Assembly: GCA_965637545.1 (NCBI GenBank)
Contig: OZ281500.1
Location: 2,418,001-2,482,000, forward strand
DNA length: 64,000 nt
From: Phallusia mammillata
Taxonomy: Eukaryota
Direction of reading: 5' to 3'
The translations under genes and the position numbers were made by a program. Shown here piece by piece: positions 27,205-40,152 of this stretch. Each line of letters begins with the position of its first letter. The stretch's first letter is position 1. The notes beneath the pieces are model-generated. The model searched no databases. It saw nothing but the letters and a program-made list of their open reading frames with translations, and was not told the origin of the DNA.

Positions 27205-28135
27205 TGATTGCATCGTGGGGTCAGCCGTCCCAAATCAGTTGTTTGGAAATATCTAGATACTGATTAAATTCGGAAAAATCTGTTACAGATTGCGCGGTGA
27301 TTTTTTCTTTACGAAGTAGTTTCAATTTTTCATACCAACGTTTCTTTAATGCTCTAGTTGGAAATCAGGTTTATCCGCAAGGAAACGGTCAACGTTTTCC
27401 GATCTTTTGTATTTTAATGCTTCATTGCAGTAAACATGAGCTTCTTCGTATCTTTTTAGTCCGTACAAACTTAAACGTTTATGACGAAAGGCATTTGAAA
27501 TGTCTCAGTTTTCCCACATAAATGCTGTTTTCGTTGTCCAGATATCAATTCGTCATGCACCAAAGGAGCTTTGTTATAACATCCCACACGATTCAAGCAG
27601 TTATTAAAGTCATTTTTAAGTAAAATAAAAGTGATCGCCCAACTTTGCGATGAAGTCATTTTTGGTTTCGTTATATGTAAGCACGAAATAATGTCTTGCG
27701 TTTTCGTAGTATTCATGTGGCAATGCCTAATGCCTGCGTTAAAGTGCACCCTTAATTCACCCGTGACTTCATTCGAATGAACGTCAGGTAACATTTCTTT
27801 GTGTTTAAATACTTGTCTGTACTTTTTTAACACACTCGAACAGATGGAGCAAACTAGCAATATTGCAAACCTCATGCAGGTTCAACTTGGTGGAAAAAGT
27901 CGTGTTATTTCGTCGTTAAAGATTTTAAAGACTCATTCCTATTTCCAAGTTTGAAACAAACATGTGAATCATAGTACCAGCAAACTATGTTGTTTTTCCT
28001 TATTCGTTTTTCCGAGGTTTTACATTCAGATAATAGTTTTAAAGCGTGAATGAATGAAAAAAATATGCCAACTATACTGCACGATCTGGCGACTCACATC
28101 TATGGTACCTTACTTCTTTTGTTTTCAAAACAATG
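27205..28135 (-). pseudogene. Remnant D: TPR-only fragment of the NTase-TPR family (C/F subtype)
   Basis: Broken frames give ESPDRAV*LAYFFSFIHALKLLSECKTS and CSSVLKKY...NNCLNRVGCYNKA...DELIS..RKQH, homologous to copy F (ESPARATFLAWCFRLTTFALKLFDEWKTS). Confidence 0.85.
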
Positions 28136-28166
28136 AGGGGTTGTTGGGAGTAATGTTGCCCCTACC

Positions 28167-28312
28167 CAGTGTTTTTTTAAGGTGTTTTTAAGGAAATTTC
28201 TCCAGCGGTTTCCCAAAAAGCAAATATGGCAATTTTTTGGTATTTAAATGAAACACTTGGGGTCTCTTAAAACTACTTAGCGGTCACCCAAACCAAACCT
28301 TAAAAAAACCTG
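28167..28312. mobile_element. hAT-type MITE, 146 bp
   Basis: TIRs cagtgtttttttaagg / ccttaaaaaaacctg with 8-bp TSD cccctacc (28159-28166, 28313-28320). Confidence 0.85.
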
Positions 28313-30171
28313 CCCCTACCCATTACGAGTACGCTGCTTTTGTCCCTTTTAACCTGCTGAAACAAACCTAAGGTGACGAAACAAAGAATGAAACGTCACC
28401 ACACCAAACGAGCATACTGTGAAATGTATTTGACTAAAACATTGTGATACAAATCCCTGTACAATGACAAATTTCTTCCAATGCGCAAAGGTTTTTTAAA
28501 ATAACTTGGTTTACAGTCAGAGGTTACGCTTGTTGGCAATTATACTAAGATTCGAACAAAAAAAACGCTGCAAAATAGTTTCTCTTTAAATAGGAAAAAA
28601 ATGTAGGCGGTTGTAAAGGCAATTGTTTGTCTAACATTGTCCGTTTTTAACTAATTTAAATACTTTTTTTATAAAAGTAAAAACACTGGTTTATTTTCTT
28701 TAGCTTGAAAATGCCTTCCCTTTTTATGTTCTAAATGCACACAAATCGCTTGAAAACACGATGTACCAACCTAAATACAAACTCTTTACACTAGATTGCT
28801 AAAGGGAGTTAAATGTGTGTAAACTGGCATAAATGAACTGATCGTAAGCATAATAGCATTAGACATAACTTGTTCGAAATTAGACATAACTTGTTCAAGC
28901 AGCGTTTTTTATAAACATTCTCCATATGCGACTTTTAATTCTGCACTTCGTAACTAGTTAGCAGGAGTGCACGATGTCAACTTTAGACTCTTTTTTTTAA
29001 TTAGGCATCATTAATCTAACAGTATGTATGTAAATATTTGTGGTAAAATATTTATGTTTTGCTTGATTGTTCACAGAAGCTGACTAACTGCTACAGAGAT
29101 TCGTCTGCTTTAATTCTTCAGCAATTCCAATGTAAGTAAATATGCTTTTAGTTTGGGTTCAAGTTGCCAACCGTTTTTATGTAGCCTGTTGGAGAGTGTA
29201 CTATTTGATCCTTACAAATGGAAAAGTTTTTGCGATTTAACTGTAAGCTTGTCCCGCCCAATATGTTATCTCCGTTTCATGTAAATCAAAATATTTAGAT
29301 TATTTGCTTGGTCGGGTGGTTTAACAGAAATAAGGTTTCGTGTTGGTACATAACACCAGTGACGGTGATCAGTAACAGAAATTTCGTAAATAGGTCAATT
29401 CGCAGAAAATACTGGGAATTCATTGGAAGGACAACCATACATTTTGGTTATTCGTGTAGTCGATTTGTCTCTGAACCGTTTAATATGTTACACGACATTA
29501 AACTAAAACTGTATTATTTCCACTCATTGCCTGGCAAAACAATCGCCTTGGAAATTTTGTCATTTATATGTATTTTTACATGAAAACGTCATCTACAATA
29601 GTTTCTACAAACTCCATCGCGCAGCTACGAACAGAAAATTACTAACGTGTGAAAAGCCAACACAGTCGTAACTAAAAATAGTAAGCAAAGAGTAGAGCGC
29701 ATTGAGGAGTAAAGTGTTAAAGGCCCGTGTGTACGAAATCTAAAAGTATCATCAGCTGAAACCAAAACATAAACATAGTCTCACGAAAACCTCGTTTGTG
29801 CAGCGATTAGAAAAGGAGGCAACAACAGTTGGCATCTATGGCAACTGATATTCTTTTTTTAGGCTTTTACACTTACACTGTTTACATCATGTTTGTAAGT
29901 GCAAGTATATAACAAGTTAATAAATTACTAATTAAAAAATTTGACAATCAGTTAAGGCCAAACGCCCCTGAAATGTGGTGGAATGCAGTTGGAGGGTTTC
30001 GCAATACATGTAAATTTTTGGACGACTTCTATACACTTCCTCCTCACAGCAGTCCTTAATACGTATTTAAAAGTTTTATTTTATCCTTTTGTAGAAACCA
30101 TGCAGTGTTTGCAGATTTTGTTGGCAATCAAAGTGATACACAACTATAATGGTATTTAGGCAAACCTAATT

Positions 30172-32623
30172 TCATCGTGGAGTTGGCGGTCTTGAAACTT
30201 CAATGCGAATATAACGGCGAAATTTGTCATATGTTTGCCAAGGTATTCCCGTTCTATTCTTTTTGCGTATTACTCCCTTTTTTGTAGTCCAAACATCTTT
30301 CAGAAAACGTTCTATTTCTGATTCACGATGCAAGTTTGTCAAGCATTGAACTTTATGAGAAACAAAAATGATAATGTTAGGTGGTTCCTCATTGACTATT
30401 GTGTTTTTCCATGACTTGTCAAGATAATCTAGAGCATCTTTGTATTTCTTTAGGCCACATAGACTGACACCCTTGTATAAAAATGCCAATTTTAAAATAG
30501 AGTCGTTTTCTTCATGTTCATGCTGTTTTCGATGGTGAGTTACCAATTCTTCATTTACTCGTAAAGCTTTGCGGTATTGTCCCAACAAATTTAGGCAGTT
30601 ATTGTATTCAAGTAATATTTCAACATAGTTATGTCGGCCAAGTTTATCGGGAAGTTTCTCTGTTGTGTCGTTGAATGCCAGCTCAAAATACTCTGACGCT
30701 TTTTCGTAGTCGTTTAACCCCAAAAAGCATCTTCCCATGAATGCATTTTTCAGTTTTACAAATGTTCGGTGCTCCGATAAATTGTCTCCTATATCTGCCA
30801 CTGGCAACTGCTTTATGAGTTCCAATGCTATTTCGTATTTTTTTAAAAGAAACAAGCACTGCATGCAATTTAGAAAAATGCGAAGGTTGATGTCGGTTAA
30901 ACAAGGCCAGCCGAGTCGCATTAGTTCTTCTTCACTGACTTCAAGGCTTTTTTTATATGCTCGACAAAAGGTCAAACATTTTATGTACCAAAACTGCAAT
31001 AGGCATCGGTCTTTCTCATTTTTACACTCACACTGTTCTTTGCATTTATTCATTAGCTCTATGGCAAATCTAAACTGATGCAACATATATGCGAGTCGTA
31101 CTGCTCGTAATGGTGATTTTGCAAAATCGATTGTTCCTTCCGTTATTGCTTTTCCATGACATTCAACAACCCACTTTTGTAGCGATTCTGTGATGTTTAA
31201 TCCATCCACAACTGCCTTGGCCCCTATGAACTTTATTACCTTGTCTATGCCGCTAAGCACGTCTACGTTCAAATTGGTTTTTCGGTGCAACATGTCGTTT
31301 TGTCCTGAAGTTTCGCTGTACTGCCTCAAACGCACTTCACATGCAACCGCCAACGAAAATTGAAGTTCACCATGTAACGTTTTATCCAAAATACCACGAT
31401 CCATGAGTTCATCGAGAATATCAAAACTGTTGAAATTCTTACATTCGCGCACACGACCAAGAGTTAAAATGAAAAGCGAACAACTCCTTAACATTACGCG
31501 CTTTATATCCATTTTATCAAAAAAATCTTTTCCTATGTCGTATTGTTCATAATCTTTTTCAATATTCTGCTGTATCCGTTGATTGAAGTGGATGCAACCT
31601 TTGGTTTTGTGTTGATCCAGTGTTTCCTTAATTTTTAGATCAAACTCTTCAAAAACATCGGACTCGCCGAATACAAAACAAGTTGTGGTCAACATATCTG
31701 CTAAATGATATCCGTTTTTTAAATCCTCTTCTGTTTCCAAGTACTTTACCATCTCACTGACTGGTTTGATCAGCTCAGCTGTCCACGGCTTCTTCTGTGT
31801 CTTTGTTTGTCTTCCCAATGGATTCTTACTTGCTTGAGGAGCAAATCCATCAGGACAAATTCCACATGGAGTGTATGCGTCATAAAACCAATCTTCCTTC
31901 TTATTCAAGGGATTGTTAAGACATGGAATTGCCAAGAATCTTAACAAGGTTTCACCAAGACGAACCAGTATCGTCTGGTATACAGTTGCAAACCACTGGA
32001 AATATTCCAAAATGTTTTTGGAATTAGGTTGTTTCTGAACTTCTTCTTCCAACACAATGATGCTCTCGAAGTCAGAGTATGGAGTGACTTCTTTTTTAGC
32101 CAACGAACCCATTCCTAACAAAGCAAATCGACAGGGTGCTTTTTCCATTATGTCAACTGTATATCTTGCCATGATTTTCATTATTTGCTTGTATGTTTCA
32201 GTAACATATTCTTGTATGTCCCTTACCTGTATAACTCTCTGCCTCCGATGTGCATAAAGGTTAGTACCGTTCAATTTGTCGGACATTGACTTTAACTTAC
32301 TAAGCCTACATTTTGTGTTTCCACGAAGTTTTTGAATTTTGTATGCACACGTCATCAAGATCTTTTCTAATGACATCTGCATTGTCAGGGTGCCTTAACA
32401 CAGCTGATGTTATTAAACCAACACTTTGTATGAGACTGATCTTATCTGGACTTTTCTCTTTGTACGCAAGTCCCAACTGATGCAAAGTTTTTGCTGATTC
32501 TTTTGGGTCTTTTTCCACACCATTGTCATAGCATTGTTTTTTCAATGTATTTGCCAAACATTTGATAACTACGTCTGTTATTATATCGTTTAAGCAATCG
32601 GACGCAACTTTGTATGCAGACAT
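30172..32623 (-). pseudogene. Copy E: NTase-TPR gene with a ~74-nt frameshifting deletion and lost C-terminal tail (ORFs 32306-32623 and 30172-32382, 736 aa)
   Basis: DLDDVCI is joined to KIQKLR, removing HIMTLA...EIKEQ. The NTase motif is intact in the long ORF, and homology ends near HDEIRFA. Confidence 0.85.
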
Positions 32624-33293
32624 TTTAGAATTACTACTTAATACTGTCCTGTGTTAAAATCATAAGCACAAGTGAACCCTATTTTGAACAAGCAGTTTAC
32701 CATTGAACCTAATATCCGTATCTAGGTTAGTATGTCATCTGACAAGTGAAAAAGTAACATTTATATCCTTAATTCAACTATCCTTTGTCATTAACTATTC
32801 CGAAAAAAACTTCTTGTGTACCGTCTGCATCGCTTCAAGATTTTTCTGACAACTCGAAACAATCGCTTACAAAATGTGACGCTTGAGTTATTTTGTGAAT
32901 TCTAGCCACCTGATACTGACGCTTTGTGTTGGAGAAAACATTGTACAGTGAGTATTTGTGCCAATGCGACCCCACAGTGCACACTAAAATAGAATAACTG
33001 TATTTTTGTCCAATTTTGGTACTGACAACATTTTATACTTCATGTAGTCTGGCTATAAAAATTACACAATAAGTTTAACTTAGATCAAATTAAATCACGC
33101 TAGATACTTCGAATAACAAATGTGGTTGGTCTATTCAACACCATTTGGTCGGTTTTGTTTATTCCCACCAACCGTAAAAAACATAAGCATGGACTCGCTG
33201 ACTGATAATAAGATTCCTGCATGGGTCATTTAACTTGATCACAAAGTTTCGTTGTCTTGTACCCATCAAAAACCTTACAGTTTAATATTGATT

Positions 33294-33393
33294 TGTTTGT
33301 TTATAATTTTGCTGGGTTTATGTTATTTTGTTTGTTTATAATTTTGCCGGGTTTATGTTATTTTGTTTGTTTATAATTTTGCTGGGTTTATGT
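33294..33393. repeat. 35-bp tandem repeat, ~3 copies
   Basis: ttataattttgctgggtttatgttattttgtttgt repeated. Confidence 0.85.
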
Positions 33394-34666
33394 GCCGTAA
33401 TTTTGTTCAGATATAAGTCGAACCCACAATTACAAAAAAAACACAATTAAAGAAGAATATCGTGTGTCTCTCTTGTACACTGCTTTTGCTGCGGTTGTGT
33501 TGCAGAATGTTTTACTATTTTGTTTACTTCTTCCGTCTCTTTCATAACAAAGCGATATAGCGATGTGATAGTGGTACATTCTTATCTTGCAGACCGAAAC
33601 AAGTCGAGCGCCTGACGCAGACCAACGCAGCAGTCTCCATTTCTGACTTCAATCGATGACGTCAACTTCTGCAGTTTACGGGGTGAGAATTTGTTTCAAT
33701 GTGACGGCGCTTCCGACCGGACAACTAGGATCGATATTAAGAATGGGCTGAAATTGCGTGATTATTTTATTTATCGTTCTCCTAGATGTAACTTAAAAAT
33801 ATTTAAATCCAAGTGTAAGGGGGCATGTTTCACAGAATGTTAGCACAGCACCATTAAAAAATTGCTCGCAAAGGACGCACGGGTAAATGCTATAACGTAC
33901 CAAGAACACAGACCAAACGAAATATGATATAGCAGGTACCCTTCCCATGTCGCGTTCATTGTGTGAAATTCTTTGTTAAAACCACGACTTCTTTCAAACC
34001 AGTTAAAGTTACCGGCTAAACATACAAACAACGTGCGGAGGTTTGTGAGTCTGTCTCACTACATAAAATCTAAAGTGGGTGTTGGAAGTAACTTACCTTT
34101 TGTCCCTTTTAACCTGTTGAAACAAACATCCAGTGACAAAGCAAAGAATGAAACGCCGCGACACCAAACGAGCTGCAAAATGTATTAGACATAAACTTCA
34201 CAATCCCCAAACGTAACAATGACGAACATGTTTCGATCCGCGAGGGTTTGCGAAAATAACTTTGTTTGCAATGCCATGCAGTGGTTACACTTGTTGGAAA
34301 GATGCCTCGTTTTTATGCTTGTCAAATTGCCAACAAAAACAGCTTCAAGGTGGCTTTTTGGTTTGTATCCCCTAATAGTTTCCCCGATGTTTGTCCCGCT
34401 AACAAATTGATTTACACCCCCCTTTTATGTACAAGTGCTGCAGAAATCGGTCCAGAAGTTTAAACAACACAAACATAGGTGAATAATGTCAATGCCAAAA
34501 GTATAGGTTTTGAATTCAAGAATTTGTTCAATGATTCACACCATTTACAACACTACGACACAGTGAACTACAATTAAACCCCTTGAACTGTATGAGTAAA
34601 GCGAAAGTTCAGTTGACGAGGATTAAATGAACAAATAGCCTAAATTTGCGATGTTTGTAATCTACT

Positions 34667-34680
34667 GCGCCATCTAGTGG
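34667..34680 (-). promoter_or_regulatory. CTCF-like motif CCACTAGATGGCGC
   Basis: Close match to the CTCF core consensus. The core CATCTAGTGG is also at 777, 6812, 7944, 13013 and 49453, all in the same orientation. Binding is not shown. Confidence 0.45.
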
Positions 34681-34778
34681 CAACATAAATTGTCCCTTTT
34701 AACTTGGTTTTGGATTTGAGTAAAACTTAGACGCAACTAGAACCACGAAGTACGCCAGGCTCTATAAAGGCTTTAAAC

Positions 34779-35096
34779 CAGTGGTTCCCAACCAGGGCCC
34801 ATGGCCCCCCAGGGGGTCCACAAGCTATGTCCAGGGCGGCTACGGGCGTAGATTTACAAGAAACACCCACTAAAAGTCGTTTTCACTTCAACTTTATTCC
34901 CGAATTTAATCGACTATTTCACATACTATTTGTTTATAGTGAGGTTTATCACGCTCATTTACTGTATTAGAACTATTTAGGGCCAAAATTAATACCGCAT
35001 TCCAACGCGAGATTGCTATCTACATATCAAGGGGGCCACAGGTCCTACATGGTAACTTGAAGGGGGCCATGGTCCACGAAAGGTTGGGAACCACTG
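34779..35096. mobile_element. hAT-type MITE, 318 bp
   Basis: Perfect 15-bp TIRs cagtggttcccaacc / ggttgggaaccactg with 8-bp TSD ctttaaac. Confidence 0.92.
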
Positions 35097-36277
35097 CTTT
35101 AAACCAAACCAAGCTTCAGGTTTGATCCCAGTGATGTATATATGTTTATTTTCCTTTAAACCTTTTCTGATTTTGCTTAAACTTTTAAATATGGTTTCTT
35201 TTTGTTACAAAAAACTTCGTTCATAGGTTGCCCAAAGATCACAAGTCGGAAAGTGGCTGCCATGAAGCAGATAAAACCGGCCTGATGTCAACACACAGAC
35301 GCATTAGTTGGAAGAAAAGCCGAGCGGACTCGTTGAGTGAGTATTAGCCGTTAACCTCACCATCACTTTTACTAGTTATTCTGGTATAAGTTTGACCTTT
35401 TTTGTAATGAAACTTAACAATTAAAACATTTTTTCATTCTTGTTTTTAGTTTGTGACCCATCCTATGACGCACTTTTCATGGTTTGACGTAAAGAAAATC
35501 AAATAATTTCGTTTTGAGAAACTTCCTCTTTTACGGAACTTACAACAAAGGTAACAATTACCCAGTTGATTGTTGTTGTAAAATTCAGATGTTCGGAGTG
35601 TGCACCTGCAAAGGTTTGCTTAGAATATTGCAACCAAACGGCATTTGTATGTATTTGCTTTTGAGTTTGAGACTTTTGTTGATGTTAATAGTCATGCGGG
35701 CTACGCTTTGTGGTTTGAACTTAGCGCTTCATTGCAGAACCGCGGGGGCTTACGACACCCACCGTTCAACACATGACTTATGTGCTGTTCATTGCACTTA
35801 AATCCTCCCTCCTTACTCTATGGCTTTCCACTTTCTTCCTAACGCTAGATTTTTAAGGGATCGGTGTCTCATGCATTATCCAGAATGCTTAAGTATCGAG
35901 TTACGTCGCTCTTTTTAATACAGACTAGCGTAGAACAGGTTTATCTGTTCCACTTTGCACCATCGTTTGATAAACCCGACTTTTGTTACTTGGAGTTAAA
36001 AGTAGCGGCAATATCATGACAATTATTAATTTCGTAAAGTGCACATGGTATATAGCAAGTTAAGGTTAACCCCTGGTCGGACACTGATAAGGCAAATTTG
36101 CCTGCGTGGCTTGTGTGCTTCGAAATACCTACAACTTAGAATGTTTGGCATCTCTTGCTTCACCCAGTGGTATAAAGCCAACTTTGCTTGTCAACGTGTT
36201 TTTGATAGTTTTAGATCTTAGTTTTCATTAAAACCTTTAGTATTATTCACTTTTACCACCACTTATCTGTTTCATAG

Positions 36278-38269
36278 ATTGCCTTATGATGAATATCTCG
36301 CTGCGATTACGAAGGTGAAAGTTGAAAGATGTCAACAAGCACGTGTTGGAAAAGGAAAGTGAGAACTTGATGTGAGTGTTGGTATGTTAGCTAAGGATCA
36401 TTTACACTTGTTCTGATATAACGCTGACATTGTTGAAATTAAGTCTAAAAATGATTTTGTTTTCGTGTTTTTAGTTTTGTGCCTGATGCTCATGTACGTT
36501 CAATGGTTAACACTGTAAGCTGATACAATACAATGTTTAAATGGTCGGTGAACTAATGGACAGTAAACAGCTTGGTAGACGCAAATTTGGCATAATTTGT
36601 ACGTAGACGCAAAAGTGGCATAATTTGTACGTGGTTGTACGTATACTGTACACATCAAACATAGGCAATTTTCGTTTAAAAGCAATGAACAAATTCAATA
36701 TTAAATTTTTAATACCTTGTATATGCAATGATCAACGACTAGTTTTCAAGTTTTAGCATTTTTTACAATTAAGTCAAATGTAACATCACAATGTGTGTTC
36801 TGTACCCATTCTTTCGGCGCTCGAAACTATCCGGCAGGGATCCTTCTGGTGGTTTCTTTTCCTATCAAACCCCACCCACTTTCCCTAACACATTAGATGC
36901 CTACTTGACTGGTTCCACCAACGTTCCCCCCCCAGTCTCGACGTCCTAATGCGCCAACCTCACCCTCTAATTTGAGTCCCTGTCACATACCGCTTATAAT
37001 AACTGTATAGCTGCAGCGCGTTTCTCATCTCTCCACCAACTGTGCCCTTACCTTTATCGCGCTTTTTAACGTCTGAACTTTGCTCAGCTATTTCCGACAA
37101 GGTGAATATTTTAGTGCAATTGTGTTACTACGATTTTTTCACCGAGCGAAATAAACTCAACTCAACCTTTTTGTTGTTTCAGGGTTACGACCTGGATACG
37201 ATGTTTTCTGACAATAAATGCCCTGTGCGCTGCAGAGGATGACGAGGAGATACAGAAGCAGGTCTTTTTCATGACTGTGCCAAACTGGTTGGTGAAAAAT
37301 CATTAAGGTAAAGCTATTATGTGAATCTCCTCTGTCATAATATGTACCTTCAAAGTGTTATCGGTGTTTTTGTCCTTTTGACGCACAAGTTTACTTATTC
37401 CTGTCTTGGCTTCAATCACAAAAATGTATTGGACGCTTTTCTGACCTAACGTTTATCTTGTTTGACAACCTTTTTTAAACGCTGTACAGGTCGGTTACTT
37501 TATGTAGTATTCCGTGTCATGTGGTATTTTTTTACACATAGGCGCTCGGGAAAATAAGCTATGTTTTAAGTGGCATAAACATACTGAGTATAAGCGAAAT
37601 AGCACGTTTCCAATCAGACTTAACTCGTTCCGCCTTTAATATGCAAATTCTTATTCCGCGTCTTTTAGCTCAACTTGTAGTCAGTAGTAATACACGGAGG
37701 TAGCACCGAACCCTATTTCATCACTTTCGTATATTACATCAGTAAACTTGCTAAATAAACGTAAATGTACCATCTGTTTATTTAGTGGGAACAAAACCTA
37801 AGCTACAGAAAGGTTACTATAAATGTAGGTGAATCTGCGTACATTTCAAGAATGTCTTTTTAACGGTTTAAAATTTCAAGGATTTAGGACTTTATCATTA
37901 AATTAAAATATATTGAAAGCGGTTACTCTTTTTACCGATTTAAAACTGACTACATAATTTTAGTGGTTGTTGTACAATGTTACAGATAGTCCTGTATCAC
38001 ATGGCAACAATTCACGTACACGCTAGGGGGAGTAAAAGATCTAATAACTGTTATAAACTGACGGAGACTGAACTCATGCGCTTTGTGTCATAATCAGGTA
38101 TACAAAGAGGCAACTGGAGTGCCTATCATCTGCGTTTTGCACTAGCATATTGTCTAGTTAGTATGCTAGTAAAACTATCTTCGATTTGTTTGTTCACAGA
38201 TCCTGGATACTTGCATACTCTGTACAAAGATTCGTCTCTTTATTTAGCCACGGAAATCTCCTTTCTACT
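36278..38269 (+). other. Cryptic exon set, unit 4 (X1 36278-36371, X2 36475-36514, X3 37183-37307, X4 38200-38269)
   Basis: AG/GT boundaries are conserved. The X3 acceptor context is rebuilt after an insertion (~36810-37170). Confidence 0.55.
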
Positions 38270-38494
38270 GTAAGTAAATCTGCTTTTAATTATAGGTCTT
38301 GGTCGCCAACCTTATGGTTGATTTATATGTGTTCCAAAATACTTTTTTGCCAATTTCCTAGCCACGCAATCGCAACTTTGTCATAAAAAAAAACCCGTTA
38401 CACGATATTATTTACAAACACAACAACACAGCGACCGTTAGGAAATCGTTTAAATGTGGACCTTAGCACAGTAAAAACTTGCTTTACTCATACG

Positions 38495-39432
38495 TGATTG
38501 CATCGTGGGGTCAGCCGTCCCAAATCAGTTGTACGGAAATATCTAGATACTAATTAGGTTCGGAAAAATCTGTTACAGATTGCGCGGTGATTTTTTTCTT
38601 TACGAAGTAGTTTCAATTTTTCATACCAACGTTTCTTTAGTGCAGCTGTAGTAGGAAATCAGGTTTATCCGCAAGGAAACGGTCAACGGTTTCCGATCTT
38701 TTGTATTTTAATGCTTCATTTCAGTAAACATGAGCTTCTTCGTATTTTATGTAGTCCGTACAAACTTAAACGTTTATGACGAAAGGCATTTAAAATGTGT
38801 CAGTTTCTTCACCTAAATGCTGTTTTCGTCGTTCGGATATCAATTCGTCAATCACCGAAGGAGCTTTGTTATAACATTCCACACGATTCAAGCAGTTATT
38901 AAAGTAATTTAAATTTAAAAAATAAAAGTGATCGCCCAACTTTGCGATGAAGTCATTTTTGGTTTTGTTATATGTGAGCACGAAATAATGTCTTGCGTTT
39001 TCGTAGTATTCATGAAGCAATGCCCAATGCCTGCGTTAAAGTGCACCCTTAACTCACCCGTGACTTCATTCGAATGAACGTCAGGTAACATTTCTTTATG
39101 TTTAAATACTTGTCTGTACTTTTTTAACACACTCGAACAGATGGAGCAAACTAGCAATATTGCAAACCTCATGCAGGTTCAACTTGGTGGAAAAAGTCGT
39201 GTTATTTCGTCGTTAAAGATTTTAAAGACTCATTCCTATTTCCAAGTTTGAAACAAACATGTGAATCATAGTACCAGCAAACTTCGTTGTTTTTCCCTAT
39301 TCGTTTTTCCGAGGTTTTACATTCAGATAATAGTTTTAAAGCGTGAATGAATGAAAAAAATATGCCAACTATACTGCACGATCTGGCGACTCACATCTAT
39401 GGTACCTTACTTCTTTTGTTTTCAAAACAATG
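38495..39432 (-). pseudogene. Remnant D': duplicate of TPR remnant D
   Basis: ORF 38915-39172 is nearly identical to 27471-27875 over their shared length, with the same breakpoints. Confidence 0.85.
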
Positions 39433-39463
39433 AGGGGTTGTTGGGAGTAATGTTGCCCCTACC

Positions 39464-39608
39464 CAGTGTTTTTTTAAGGTGTTTTTAAGGAAATTTCTCC
39501 AGCGCTTTCCCAAAAAGCAAATATGGCTATTTTTTGGTATTTAAATAAAACATTTGGGGTCTCTTAAAACTACTTGGCGGTCACCCAAACCAAACCTTAA
39601 AAAACCTG
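39464..39608. mobile_element. hAT-type MITE, duplicate of 28167-28312
   Basis: Same TIRs and same TSD cccctacc. Confidence 0.85.
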
Positions 39609-40152
39609 CCCCTACCCATTACGAGTACGCTGCTTTTGTCCCTTTTAACCTGCTGAAACAAACCTAAGGTGGCGAAACAAAGAATGAAACGTCACCACAC
39701 CAAACGATCATACTGTGAAATGTATTTGACTAAAACATTGTGATACAAATCCTTGTACAGTGACAAATTTCTTTCAATCCGCGACGGTTTTCTAAAGTAA
39801 CATAACTAAGACTCATTCAATAATATTATTGGGTCCCCTCGGTTTTAACTATCATTCGTCGTCCCCGGTAATTTTTACATACATGTTGTGGGAAAAACGT
39901 GTTATGCCACCCTTTCTGCAAACACACAAAGGAACGCTTAGTATTAAAACACGCAAAAAAATTACAAATATCACAGCATCAGCAATAACGAAAAATATTC
40001 GCAGCAAAGGAAATAAGGGACAAAGCGTCAAAATCTAGCGCGTACAAACAACACGCGAATAATATGACGAAATCTTCGGATGCGTGTAATCATCAGCTTT
40101 GAGCAAAGCGTTACATGGGCGTAGGTAAAAATACAATTTGCAATGGTTTGAT

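Larger units (their letters stand above)
25400..28500. repeat. Segmental duplicate of ~36440-39800
   Basis: Colinear, highly similar sequence that includes TPR remnant D and the same MITE at the same site. Weaker similarity extends back to 23975/35690. Confidence 0.9.
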
